From positions 2,087,935 to 2,151,934 of the forward strand of contig NMRA01000004.1 of NCBI GenBank assembly GCA_002633005.1: a DNA stretch of 64,000 bases. The letters are read 5' to 3'. The notes beneath the pieces were generated by a model that worked only from the letters and a program-made list of their open reading frames with translations, searched no databases and was not told where the DNA came from. Below, piece by piece: positions 36,591-50,800 of the stretch (position 1 is its first letter; every line of letters begins with the position of its first letter). This DNA comes from Phoronis australis (taxonomy: Eukaryota; Animalia; Phoronida). The position numbers and the translations under genes were made by a program.

Positions 36591-39500
36591 CGCGAAATCG
36601 AGGCTGCTCAATCTACCACCACTAGAACACACGCGCCCTCTAGTAATTTAGAGATTGTCGAATAGCCCCATTGTCCGTGTCTAGCATGTGCGTACAGTAG
36701 CTTTCAAATAAACTTCACGTAACATGCTGTTGGATCTAAGAATTACTGAAGGGGACTAACAGTAATATGTCCTTTAGTAAGATCACAAGGCTGCTATTGC
36801 CTTCGGCCTCAAATTGTTACGGATGGTCTCCAGCTATGACGAACTGTCAGTTCTCCCTAACACGAGACATTCTCAGTAATCTGACTAAGAGGAGTATAAT
36901 TAAGATTAATTTTACATGGGTAAATCAATTTAAACAATTTTTTCTAACAAAAGGTGTGTAATGTATCAGGAAGATTCGAATTATCGATAAATGAACGCAC
37001 TAGTATTTACTGCTTTTCGAAACTAAAGCTTCGGTTCATGTGTATTTTTACTGCTCAATTTCCAGTTCATTGACATTGTGTCAGACATTGCGCTAGACTC
37101 CAGATGTTCCAGTACATTGCACACCTATTTCATGACTTGACAAAAATAGCAAAATTTTGCGTTGCCGGTATCGGCAAGGTTTTACGTGGGCATGCCGAAT
37201 TTCCAAAGGAACCAACCTTGAAAATGATTGACGCATGCATGCAGCCTCATTTTTGGTTAAGTTAACGACACGATGATTCTGCATCATCACACGCTGCGCG
37301 TTTCCGCTTGTGGACAGATAGCATGTCGGGGTAAAAGAATTTTTCCCCGAAATGCAAAAAATTGCCTTACATGTTTTGGTTTCACAAGACCCTCGGCATC
37401 ACAAATACTACCTTACGTAACACATCGTTTTCCCTTTACGACCCTAGTTATCCCTTTCCGCACCCTGGTTGCCGTGTGGCTGTACATGTATGACTACTGA
37501 TTTGAGACTCTCTCCCGTGTTCCGTCTGTTTTGACTTCACGTAATAAGTACATGTAGAATTAAGAATGGGTCGCACCCGTTGGCTGTTGTCACTAAAGTA
37601 TGAAAATGTCGTATACTGAAATGTTTTGTGCATTTCTCAGTTTATGTTTGCAACTGATTAATTTAGCAAAATCTGGATTGTTATGGCTAATTTCTGCAGG
37701 TTTCCTTTCTGACATTGGTATTTTGATTTCCTGCTCTACGCATCCACAGAAATGAACATTCTCACACGAACTCGCTTGGTGTCTGCACGTATATAAATGT
37801 GAACGACTATGGTCATTAGCTCAGATCATCATTGCGTATTTTATTTGAATTGATTAGATATTTGCCATTTGCATACTATATAAATATATTGTAGATCCCG
37901 TTAACGTCACTGTAATAGTCTTTCAACCATAACAATCGCGCTTAAAGTTCAAGTGTTAATATCGCGTTACTCAAAGTGTCGTTATAAACAATCTGGGTAT
38001 TGAGCGAGTTATACGTCGGTGTGCATTTTGTATCGCTCATTTGTCGAAAGAAACAGGTGTGTTACTCTTTTATAATTCTTAAAATACTTAATTCTTATCA
38101 CACGTTTTAGATTTTCGAATACATTCCCAGAATCCCACCCTACCAGACTTTTGGTTGCAAATATGACCAATGTGGAGAGTTTGTTGACGTTATAAAGAGT
38201 TTGGGAACCAGCCTTCCTAGAAACCTCTGGTAACAAGGGGTCAGTAAAAAATTATATCTAGCTGTTCGGTTGTGTTTTGGCAACCGGTCTACACTGACAG
38301 CTTTTTCGTTTTGTTTGTAAACTCTACCAGAGTAGACCGTGCTGTAGCACCCAACTGTTCACACAGCTGGGTTGTGGTCTTCAGTGATGGTGTCATTCTC
38401 TCGCAAACATTGTCCGGTAAATGTACTGTGTATATTGCAAGTGTTTGGTACAGCAATTTTCCTAAAAAAAATTAAGCATCGGGACCTAAATTTCGCAAGA
38501 GTAGCAGCCTTCCACTGACTGCCACATAGTACATGTGCAAATGTAAGTCGTACTGGTCATGTATTGTTTAGGGTCGTAGTTAGGTTTACCGGCTGAAGTT
38601 TTTAAAGCCTGCCTTCACTTACAGGAGCAATTGGGTGTCTTTCCTACAAGCACGTGCTTTTTCCTCGACAATAGCGCATAATCTTGTCCGTGCGAGATAT
38701 TTTTATGCTACCGGTACATGTACTTCGTTAGGCAACGAATTTCCCAGATTATTAATCAAATTACATGTAGATATGTTATTGTCAAAGATGGCATCAAAAC
38801 ACGTGATCTTGTTCATGACGTTGATAGCGCACACGGTGGTGTTGATAATGTTTGTGATGATAAGCATGACAAACTTTGTGTCATTTAGATTTATTGCAAT
38901 ACACAAGAACTGTGTAAATACTGTGTGTAGGGTGAGAACCACTGACGTTTAATTATCAACAGGGTGTACTGCTTCAAATCTAAAATTCAAAAGATTCATC
39001 CATTGACCCGACAAGTGCACCCGTACGTTTGGTACTGAAACGTGTTTGTATGTAGAAACGTAAACTTACATTTGAATTGTCTAGTTCACAATTTGTTTTG
39101 CACTAAGTGACATTTGACCTGTGGCTGGTTGATATAATCTCTAAAGAAAAGTCGTGCCTGTAATTGGCATGTTGTATCACACCTGTGCACTGAAGTTGAA
39201 ACCTGTTAAACACATGGCACCTGTCGCTGTTGCCTATCTTTATTTCATTTCGTTGGTAACCTCGGAACAAGGTTCGACATTCTACAGAACAATATTAGTA
39301 AAGTAATTGGCCGATTGTCATGATTAAAAGAAACACGATATTTCGAAACATGCTCGTTTCGAGCTCAAGTGGTAATAAAATTACGCAGTACTCAGAACGA
39401 AATCTAGTAACATAAACACTGGGACACGGCAGGTGTGAATCACTGCAAAGACTAACAAATGGAGGGGGAAACATTTTCCTATTGCTCCTGCCATTAGTCA

Positions 39501-39592
39501 CTGTTTGCAGTAATTCCCACCTGCCGTGTCCTACAGGATATGCCACTAGCTTTTAGTTTCGTAGAGCTGTAACAAATATCATTTGTGTACTT

Positions 39593-41590
39593 TAAGTGGA
39601 CAGTTGTATTTTGATGGAGTTTAGTCCAGTTAGGTGTAATTTCAATACCTAAAACGTTCCAACAAGTAACACGGCAAAAGCTGCTAAGTACACTTTAGCT
39701 CAATGCACAAAGATTTTGTGCAAAACAAGAATTCGCTCATGCACAACGTAGATGGCTTGAACGAGAATACGCTAATAATACACGTTTAAGTGGTGTAGAA
39801 CAATTTCAAACAGATAAATTTGTTGAACTTGATTAGTGCCACCTTGCGGAAAGCATATAAATTATACCTGGTTGTAACTTAGATCTTTTCTACCAATGCC
39901 CAGCCAGTAAAATGGCACACTACGCTTGAAAGAAATCAAAACATGTACTTTAATGACATCTTTTGAGTTCTGGAAATCATGCGAAGCTTTAGCATCATAT
40001 TCCAGAAAAAAAATAACCTTCAGTTACCTGCTATTTGAAGTAATAAGGCTACTATTACGACAATCTCCAGTTAGCAATGTGATAGCAATTAACAAAAGAA
40101 CTTAAATACGCGCAAAAATTGAAGTGTATCATAAAATTCATACATTTTGGTGCAATAGATGAAATGCCATACTACCCTCACGGGATTTACCTTAAAGTCG
40201 CTTACAGTGCCTTGTGAAAATCATTGTTTTGGCGTGTGCTTTGAGGTGACGTTTTGGTTCTTTAAAAAGGCCCGTTATAATTCCTGATTACACAGCGCGG
40301 TAGACCGACAGGAGGTGTTTAATTGACTCAGCTGTAAGATTTACCTCCACTTGCGTGTGTTATTCAAGTTTGAAACTTGTGACGTCAGCTTGACCTAAAC
40401 CCCGTTTATATGCCTACTTTCACCTCCGTATGTAAATGTATACCATACGCAAATCTACACCGGGAGTAAATGTAAATTTACATAACGTGTTTATGGGACA
40501 AAAGAAAAGCAATAATTACGACCAATACTGTATACATTTTGCAGCGAAGTCGACACAAGCAACGTTTTGCAATTAAAGAAAGCATTAGAGTACATGTACT
40601 GAGCGCAAGTTGTTCTTTTCCTTTGTCCCGTACGAGCGATATGTAAATATACATGTAGTTTTGTGCATTGTGTATACTTACGTACGCGTGTAAAAGTGCT
40701 GCATATAAACGGGGATTAGGTCAAGCTAAAGTCACAAACTTCAAACTTAATAACACACACACCCAAAAACACACCCAAAAAACACACACACACACACGTG
40801 GAGGTGAATCTTACAACAGAGTCAATTAAAGACCTCCATTTTGTTTACCGTGGTGTGTAATTAAAAATTACAACGGGCCTTTTTAAAGGACCAAAACCTC
40901 ACCTCAAATCAAACCGAAAACATCTGTTTTCAGAAATGGCGCTGCACATGTTAGTAACAGTAAGGTAAATTCCTTGTGCTTAGTTTCAACCTTAACATGC
41001 GGTTCATCTACATGTATTGTACCTAACATGTTCGAGTTTTATTCTACACTCCAATGCTTTAGGCGTAATTAAGTGCATTTATCAATTGTTGTCATACTGC
41101 TTACTGGAAATTGCCGGAGTAGTTTCTTTCAATTTCAAATAGCAGTTGGCTGAAGGTTGTTTTTGCTTTTTTATTTTGTGCATCAATTTTCTGGTATAGT
41201 ATCCTAAACGCTTTGCATGGTTGTCCAAAACTCAAACGATGCCAATAAAATACGGGTTTTGATTTCTTTCAAGCGCAGCCTGCCATTTTGCTGGATGGGC
41301 ATTCCTAAAAAAGTCCAAGTATCTCCATGTATGCCTCTAGGTGTTACTAATCATGTTCAGCAAATTTAACTGCTTAGAGTGTTCTTCATGTAAGCCACTG
41401 AACCATATATTATGAGTCTTTGTTCAAAGCAACTTTGTTGTGAATAATTGAGTTCATGTTTTTCAAAAGTCTGCATATATACGTTGAGCTATTTAGCAAC
41501 AATTGTTGCGTTATTTATTTGAACGTTTTAGGTATTGAAATTACACTAAAGGGGACTAAACCTCATCAAAGTACAATTGTCCAACACTTA
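39593..41590. mobile_element. ~2-kb foldback element (long inverted repeat with ~950-bp arms)
   Basis: gtgtaatttcaatacctaaaacgttc / gaacgttttaggtattgaaattacac, tttaaaaaggcccgtt / aacgggcctttttaaa and cttgaaagaaatcaaaac / gttttgatttctttcaag pair in order around a centre near 40560; arms clearly diverged. Confidence 0.85.
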
Positions 41591-42943
41591 TTAAAAGAGG
41601 CATTGCTATGCACTATGCACATAACTGTTAAGAGGACGCAGCACATACTGTAATCGCATTAGTGGTCTCCGAACGTTACCGAACGTGGCTTCTTTAAAAA
41701 TGCATTAGTTGGTACTATAGGCAACCTTCGGTCTTCGTGGCGTTTTGAGTCGTATTCCATGCATGTATTTCATTATCTAGTGAAGAATAAAGATTACTTC
41801 CGCAGGCGTAATGTAATCGTTTCTGATTAGTTATATTTTGTTATATTAAGTCGGGCTCCTGTTACTTGTACACTACATTTGTCATTTAATTTCTCGATCT
41901 TCTACCGATCTGTTTCAATTATTCATGAATGCGAGTCTTTACTAACTGGAGTATGGAATCACATTTTTGCGTGACAGCATAAACCGCGGCTTCTAGATGC
42001 CTTTTTCATGACAGATTTGACATTTGTAGTCCCACGGCGTCTTTGTTTGTATTTTGCTTCGCATGGACTGCTGATTCATCCTACGTAACATTTGACAACG
42101 CATAATGTTCCATCATCAAGCGTTCATTTTGTATGATTTTGTGGATATTTAAAAACAAACTGTTTTTGCATCCAGTATTTACGAGTATATTTAAAGAATA
42201 AGTGCATTTTCTATTTTACGAGAAAATATCAAATAATGAATGGGGACCGTCGTCATGGTTTCCTTTTGTAAAAATTTGAAAAGACACAATCAAATTATTA
42301 CAATGAATTGTACGTTTTCGACCGTCAATGATGATTAGATGCAACTGCAGTTGCGCGATGGATTTCCGCATTGGGCCACCTATTTGGATGTCAAAAATGC
42401 CAGAAAAGAATAGTGATCTACGTCATGGTTCATGACTCTCTAGCCCGCTTTCCTTGTGAATAGGCTCTTGCGTATCCAACGTGTTTTCTTTCGCGCATCA
42501 TGGGCTATACATGTACTTTTGGCATGATCCAATCCTATATATTATAGCCCGAAAATGGTCACCCGCATGTACCCTGGGGATATCAATTTCAACATTTTTG
42601 TGAAGAAAATAAAAATTGATCTGAACTAGCTGAAAGAAATGACCAGCTTGTGTTTTTATTATAAGTACCGTTCTTTCCGGGAATTTTTGTTATTTCTCTA
42701 TTACTCACTGACTATTTCATATAACTGAATACATTGAGTCTCGATATCTCTATTCTGAGGACCAGGCGTTGCGACGAGCCATTTTTTAAATATTTAATTG
42801 AGTCTACTGTGAAGAAGAATGCGAACTTTTATGGATTCTTTATTTACAGATCGCCCCAAAACTGTTATTCATATAGCTATTCGAAAATATAACTGTTCTA
42901 CATGTACATGTCTTAAGCCACTGATAAAGATTACATATACCAG

Positions 42944-43343
42944 GGCCCGGTCTCTAATCCTTGTACTCGAAACGAACTCAAAACTATTTTTGGCATTTTC
43001 TCTGCTCCTTCGTGCGAACTTAAGATAATTGGTTATCAGACTGTGCTCAAATACATTATAGTTTATGCATATGAGTTTCTAGTTCAAGTTTGCCCTTGAA
43101 GACCCTTATATTCGTGCTACAAACTCGAGTAAAAACTCGAAATTTCAAGTTCAAACTCGAACTTATTGCTTTAATATTGGGTTTAAAAACTGTGAACTAA
43201 GGGCAATAAATTTTCTACGTAAGTTATTGTGTACTCGAACATAGAATAATAGACACTTATCTTGAGTTCGCCTAAAAGTAGAGTAGAAAATGCCAAACCT
43301 AATTTCGAGTTTCATTTCGAGTAAAAAGATTGGAGACCGGGCC
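42944..43343. mobile_element. PIF/Harbinger MITE (400 bp)
   Basis: TIRs ggcccggtctc(t)aatc / gatt(g)gagaccgggcc extending ~50 bp; 3-bp TSD CAG; internal aactcga repeats. Confidence 0.85.
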
Positions 43344-46300
43344 CAGAACAATTAATGTGGCCTAGGCTCCGTATCCACCATTTTATGTCCCTTTCGTCTC
43401 TCTCCATTTATCCTTGTTCATAAAAAACTGATTGTTTTTCTTCTCAGTCTTCATCACTGTAGTTGTTTAAGAATTAAAAAGCTACTTGACCCCACTGGTT
43501 CTACCATCCACTCACGTTTTGTCACATTGTTTTTGGCTGTTCAACTATGGATTCACCAAGTAAAGAATTAGTTTGAGAGGTCCATCTGCTTGATGGAGGA
43601 CTAAAGTCGCAAGTTCCGGTAAATTGCGCAAAAGGGTATGATGAGACATTCAGTGGCAACATCATAGTCTTGCTTTAACCAACCATGGTGGTAAACTGTT
43701 GGCATACGGGCGCATGCAGTAAAAATCTGATGACAAAGAAAATAGTGGTTGAGAGGTGAAGGACCGTCAGAACCGGTGTCCTTTATTGCCCTATCTTACC
43801 AAACTCAGTGATTCATCTGACTGTAACTTGTGTTTGTGAAGTGCACGGAAGTGAGACATCACCAGTTGTATGGCGAACGTTTAACGATTGAAGTGATGTG
43901 AACTTGAGTGTTCGTTGTTTTCATTGGATGTTGTACACCTCATGCGTTCTGTAAAAGAATTAAACGATCACCTGGCATGCTGTTTAACACCATCCGTGTA
44001 CATAAACAGTGGATTACTTTGAAAAGAATTTTGTCCCAATGCTCGACCCTCAAAACACGATTATAGACGCATCTTTTTCAGCATGAAATAACCCGCGAGC
44101 TATTTCAAAATAACGAATATTCAATACCGTCCGTACCAACTTGCATAAAGACATACACATGGCATTTTTCGGCTTGTTGAAATCGCTCTTTATTTTCCCA
44201 CGTGTTTACCTCACAAACGCTCAGTTTAGAAGTTGATTTCCGGGGTGTGCACGGGTGCCTTTTCCCGACTCAACTAATTTGGTCGTGGCTGTCACAATGC
44301 ATGGTTATTTCAGACAAGTAACGAATTTAGCGGACTTTGCTGTCGGGGGAAGGGGGTTCCCGAATGATTTTGCCTTTCCAAACGATTTAATGATTGATAA
44401 ATATTACAGGAACACCGTCAGATTGCGAATCTAAATTATTCAACGCAGTGAAACAAAAATATCAGTTCATTTAAAACACGTTTGTTAAACCAATCTCACA
44501 TACACAAATGAAATTCTACTTGGTCAGTAGAAAATAGTTCGCGTTAGACGAGTTCGGCCGGATAACAAAAGACCACGCAATACTACATGAATGGAACTCG
44601 AGACTCTTATTGGCTACTAGGCCCAAAGACTGTACACCTGAATATGTGAAGAACATTTCGTGATTAAGACTTCATACAACTGTTCCATCGTTGATTGCAA
44701 TTGGCACCAAAGGGATTTTCTCATTTATTTCCACTGCAGTACGGGAGACGACAGGTTACTTCGAAAAACAAATAAAACCAAAACAATCAATACCGCATTG
44801 AGAGTCACTCTTTAAATAAAAGAGGCGGTTTGATATTCGATGGTGTTCTGACGTCAATGCCGCGCCGTCTGGTCAAAACGCCACCACTTGGTCAGAAGAA
44901 CGATAACGTCACAAGCCAAGCTGAAGTCCGTGAGATGCGGACGCAACGTTGCTAACTTTTTAAAGTTCTTATTCCAGTATTAGACTCAAACTTGATCAAT
45001 CAATACCACACTTCGCGCACGATTGTTGTAAATCAGCACGCAGTCTGTTCCGACGGCACGGAGATGGCCAGTTAGTATTTATATTGTTTTTTAATCTGAA
45101 ATGTCCTAGGGGTATCCGACTTTGGGTAAAATAAACTTCCCACTTGCAATCAGAGAGTGTTTAAGAAAAGTCACAACTCATAAATAATGGTTGATTGGGT
45201 CAGCAAACTGTCTCTTTGAATTGAGAAAAAGATTGGAGGTCAAGCAAATATCATTTCTAACCTCAAAATGTAACACTGAGTGCCAGGTCCACCGTCTTGA
45301 GTAATCACCCTTTGGGGAGGGCCTTTTAGTGACTTCATACGCGTTTCTAAGTTAGGTGATACGATGACTAAACCAAATGTTGCAAAAACACAATAACACA
45401 TTCTGTGACATCTTCCCCCACGCAACAGCAAGGAATGGAAAACGAAGTAATACCCGAATAAATGAACAATGGACAATGCTAGAATTAACATGAGAAATAT
45501 GCTAGAATATTGGACACAAGAATTATATACTCTAATCATGTAAAAATGCACCTGTGGAAAACTATATAATGTATTCGAATCAATCATTTGTCCAACGTCG
45601 TATACTGTGACGAGCCTAGAGAGATGCCCGTCGTTGTGGTCGTGGAGGATGAGGCTGTGAGGCCGAATTAGATGGTACTCGTAGTGTCGGCGGCTGGCGG
45701 ACTCGAACGAAGTCGACACTTGTAAAAATGTCATGATTATGGATAACATACTTAATTCCAATTCACTATTTTCTAAGGCATTCAGTATTAAAATAGGTGA
45801 ATTCTATCATTTCTGACTGTTTGCGCGTCTCGCTTTCGAAACTGTAATGGTGTTTTCAGCCCCGCATTACTAAGTCCCAGAGTGCAAACAAGACAAGGTA
45901 AAATTTGGTAGCGCTATGATTTTGGCAGCTCTAACAGCCTGTTTCACAGGACGTACCGAACTTGTAAATATGCCACTACGCCAAAGATTTCAAAAACGTT
46001 GTACAAAGTTTATTGAAACTTATTCCAAAGTCAGTTTCTTAACATTTACGACTACCGGAAGTACTATCGCCTACTTTATAAACGATCAAAATGACACCAA
46101 ACCGGAACTGTTTACCTCAAAGCCACCATTTTCATGCAATTACTGCGAACTGAGAGTCAGTGTGCTCACATTGCTAAAACTCTTCAGATAACAGAAATCG
46201 GTTAAAAAGTTCGTCGACAAGGCAAAATTTTCCAAAATCCAAAGAGTCTTAAGGGTACCTGAATTTCCTGCTTGGTTTCAAGCACTAAAGGATTATGAAA

Positions 46301-46380
46301 AGCCACGATTGAGCAATGGGTCAACGGGTCAACACTAGGTATCTTTCCCTTAGGACAGACTCAAAAATCATGCAAATACC

Positions 46381-46681
46381 CAGTGGCGGATCTAGGATAC
46401 CATAAGGGGGGGCCAACATGTTGTCTTGGGGAATCGGGCAAAGTTTGATTGCATGTGTAGCTCAGGCCCAAAGTTGCAGTAGACGGGTGTGTGAACCATC
46501 TATTCCGAAAACCTACCGGTGGACTAATAACAAAAACGGGAACGCCGGGATCTGGAGCACCCCCTTCTCCGCGTCCTAGTTGCTTCCTCAATATTTCCTC
46601 GCGCTTCACGCTGTTGCTGTTCCATTTTTGCTTACGGCAGCCAAGGGAGGGGGGGGGCGGGCCCCCCTAAATCCTCCTATG
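46381..46681. mobile_element. hAT-like MITE
   Basis: cagtggcggatctagg ... cctaaatcctcctatg ends with G/C-run subterminal motifs; TSD not preserved. Confidence 0.5.
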
Positions 46682-47059
46682 AATGCTGCATCAAACTTTG
46701 CTCAGCCATCCCAGCAAGTGTCAGTTTTGAATAAGATTTGGGAGCCAAATTCGACCGTGGCGCAAACGTGCTATTTAGTGCCTCCTTTGCAGAGAGTTTA
46801 ATGCCAGTTTTATTTCCCTTCCCTTAGTAAGAGAGAGTTCATCTACATATATTTTGAAAACCTAAGTTGATTCACTTATTTGCAAAAAAAAATAATTGCC
46901 AAAATGGCCATTTCCCCCCTTGTTTCAATTAATGGCTGATTCCCCTTTTTCAAATAATGGGAACTTAAGCAAACGCTTTTATGATATCAACACACTGCAA
47001 ACCATGCTTGAGATATACTAAAATGTCTTTAATTTTCACGTATGTGTATATATGTAACG

Positions 47060-47300
47060 AAATAGAATTTCAGTGTTAACTCTATGTGAAAACTTATTAT
47101 GTGTTTAAACAGGAAATGTCAGGGCACCTGGTCAATGACGAAACTGTGTGTTGACTGTGTTGTATCAGGCACGCTACGGTACACAATCGTAAATCAATGG
47201 AAGGAAAATTGTTAAACAATTACTTTTATTTTTCCCTGATGTACAAGCATAAACATGCTGACAAGGGAACAAAACAAAACCCTTCACAGACCCCATGCAT
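47060..47300 (+). repeat. Dispersed repeat, related to 56215-56420
   Basis: Shared ggtacaca.tcg..taaatcaatggaa...aaacaatta.tttta...aacatg.tg.caggga...cagac..catgc. Confidence 0.6.
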
Positions 47301-47806
47301 CGACTCCATTATAAATTTTTAAACAAGTATCCAGTCAATTGAGAAACGGTGAGCTGTGTGTTAACACAAAGTGCAGGAGATTCCGTAGAGCGATGTTCAG
47401 AATAATTGAACAGTACAGCAGGTCTGTCTGAGTGGAGAAATGAATCAAGTGCCCAAACCGCTTTTATTAATCCAGGTCATTGTTGTAACTTAATGTTTGA
47501 TAGCGTCCGTTGTAACGGCCACTCATCAAGGCTTTGTATTCTGATATGCTGGTCAATCGATGCATACAGTCATTACACTTGAATCAGTTGAACTGAAGCT
47601 TCACGCATTTGATCTGACTATAAAATGCTAAAACCGATTTTACATTAAATGCCTTGTAATCATTGATTACATGGGGCTTCAAAACAAGTCAATGATTACT
47701 TTTACGAACTGGAACTCGGTTATGCACGGATATATTTTTGCACACCGTGAACGACAAAAATCTTGTCATATTGGGATTTATCGAGATTGGTCCGTTTTCT
47801 CACTAA

Positions 47807-50800
47807 TGCACATTGGTAGTAAATTGACTTGAGCTCTTTTGGAGGTCTTTAGGAAAAGCACCTGTTTGAATGCAAATCCGAGAAAATATTGGAAGCCGTA
47901 AAAATGCCCAGAGGCAACTCAGCAGCCGGCAATTTCTAACTCAGAAGAGATAGTAATTCAACCGATGGACTCATACCTGTCCGGATAGTCTAGGTTTTTC
48001 TATTTCATGCGGCTCTTGTTAATACATGTATGTATACTCGTAACCACAGGCAGGCGAGTTTCTTAAAAACTTAACAAACGCAAAATTTTTGACGAGCCTA
48101 AGTTCTGAACTTTTGTCTTAAATCCAAATAAAATCTAGGAAGCCCGTTTGGGAGGGTCCTCGGTGAAAGGTCATAAATACGAAAGGAAAGGTCAGTCACA
48201 TGGGATGGATGCAATCGGAAGGGAAATCATCCGCCTACCGGATGGAGGNTGCATATTGGTAGTAAGTTGACTTGAGCTCTTTTGGAGGTCCAGGAAAAGC
48301 ACCTGTTTGAATACAAATCCGAGAGAATATTGGAAGCCGTAAAAATGCCCAGAGGCAACTCAGCAGCCGGCAATTTCTAACTCAGAAGAGATAGTAATTC
48401 AACCGATGGACTCATACCTGTCCGGATAGTCTCGGTTTTTCTATTTCATGCGGCTCTTGTTAATACATGTATGTATACTCGTAACCACAGGCAGGCGAGT
48501 TTCTTAAAAACTTAACAAACGCAAAATTTTTGACGAGCCTAAGTTCTGAACTTTTGTCTTAAATCCAAACAAAATCTAGGAAGCCCGTTTGGGAGGGTCC
48601 TCGGTGAAAGGTCATAAATACGAAAGGAAAGGTCAGTCACATGGGATGGATGCAATCGGAAGGGAAATCATCCGCCTACCGGATGGAGGTGTCAATGACG
48701 TCACACCTCCTTGCGTAATAGGTTTAATTGGACCCGTTAGAGAGGCACCTCAATCCAAGGTCATGATCATACACATGTACATGTAAGAATTCGGTAAACC
48801 GGAACGAAGTCGAAGTCGATTTGGAAATCACGTGACTGCCGACGTATCAGGCAGTTTAGGGCGTGGCACCGTTCATCACCCGGATGTTATGAAAAAATAA
48901 CGTTAAATACGTTGTGTTTGTAGAGATCAACTGATCGAGAACCGAAACAAAATAGGGATTACGCTGCTGAATAAAAACAAAAGTTGGATTACCCTATTTA
49001 ACGTGCCCCAGGTGCCGTCGTTGTATATTGTTTTCATTTCTCAAAAACAAATGTTGCGTATATTCCGCTACAAATGATAAGGGGATAACCACCCAACTCA
49101 ACAACAGAGGTCGCGTAAAGCCTAACCCAAGTTTCAACCGTACTAAACTAATAATACTAATAATAAGATGTGACCACCTAAAATAGAACATAACATAAAT
49201 ATTGTTTAAGCGTGTCTCAATGACAAAGTAAATTCGAAAGCCCTACAAAAATCATCAAGACGTGTAGACACCATTATCCGTAAAAGTAGTAGGCCTAAAT
49301 TATTAGTAGCAAATTATTAAATTCCCGAATTAAATGTTCAAAGGTCCAGAGGTGACGCCGTTGTCGAGCACTTGTCTTTAGGGATAAAAGTAGGTGAATG
49401 CGCACCTCTCTTGCAGGTAGGTATACATGATGTTATCGCCGTCTAACCGAAAACCTTTGCCGAGGGCCAAGCTACTCTTCGTGGTCTGTAACACTTTGAG
49501 ATACTGTACCTCGCCTCGTGGATTTCATTTCTCTGTCGTTGTACTCCTTTACAGCTAAAATGAGATTTACCGTCTTCCCTCCCCACGTAATACGTTTTAG
49601 AGCAAAGCGCGATACGCCAGTCCCCTTCGAATTCCAATTTCAATGAAGCCGGGTGTGCGCGTGTCGTAGGCCTCGTTTTCTTTCGTGTCTGTTCGCGGAA
49701 ACCAGGGATGTTCCTTCTCGAAAGCTGCTCGCACGTCTGGTTTAATTACGTCCTCTAGACAGTTACCGGATATACATGTAGCCATGTGCGCCGAGTCTGT
49801 GTTCATCTCGCAATATTCGAAATCGGATCTGTCGACGAGTCTTAACATGAGGTCGTAACAAAACTCCAACATGCGCAACTTCGCGTACTGAGACAAACAA
49901 GCGTACTTGAANAATGCCCAGAGGCAACTCAGCAGCCGGCAATTTCTAACTCAGAAGAGATAGTAATTCAACCGATGGACTCATACCTGTCCGGATAGTC
50001 TAGGTTTTTCTATTTCATGCGGCTCTTGTTAATACATGTATGTATACTCGTAACCACAGGCAGGCGAGTTTCTTAAAAACTTAACAAACGCAAAATTTTT
50101 GACGAGCCTAAGTTCTGAACTTTTGTCTTAAATCCAAATAAAATCTAGGAAGCCCGTTTGGGAGGGTCCTCGGTGAAAGGTCATAAATACGAAAGGAAAG
50201 GTCAGTCACATGGGATGGATGCAATCGGAAGGGAAATCATCCGCCTACCGGATGGAGGTGTCAATGACGTCACACCTCCTTACGTAATAGGTTTAATTGG
50301 ACCCGTTAGAGAGGCACCTCAATCCAAGGTCATGATCATACACATGTACATGTAAGAATTCGTTAAACCGGAACGAAGTCGAGGTCGATTTGGAAATCAC
50401 ATGACTGCCGACGTATCAGGCAGTTTAGGGCGTGGCACCGTTCATCACCCGGATGTTAGGAAAAAATAACGTTAAATACGTTGTGTTTGTAGAGTTCAAC
50501 TGATCGAGAACCGAAACAAAATAGGGATTACGCTGCTGAATAAAAACAAAAGTTGGATTACCCTATTTAACATGCCCCAGGTGCCGTCGTTGTATATTGT
50601 TTTCATTTCTCAAAAACAAATGTTGCGTATATTCCGCTACAAATGATAAGGGGATAACCACCCAACTCAACAACAGAGGTGGCGTAAAGCCTAACCCAAG
50701 TTTCGACGGTTCTAAACTAATAATACTAATAATAAGATGTGACCACCTAAAATAGAACATAACATAAATATTGTTTAAGCGTGTCTCAATGACAAAGTAA

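Larger units (their letters stand above)
32605..36669 (+). mobile_element. ISL2EU DNA transposon, internally deleted, copy 2
   Basis: Perfect 13-bp TIRs GGGGCTATTCGAC / GTCGAATAGCCCC with AT TSD; colinear with 11648-15383. Confidence 0.9.

Noticed and set aside
38635-38952. Hydrophobic ORFs on both strands as a membrane protein exon
   Set aside because: Explained by low-complexity (GAT/GTT)-rich sequence; no family motif
45240-45761. Longest ORF in the track (173 aa)
   Set aside because: Non-ATG start, no domain, composition typical of random AT-rich DNA
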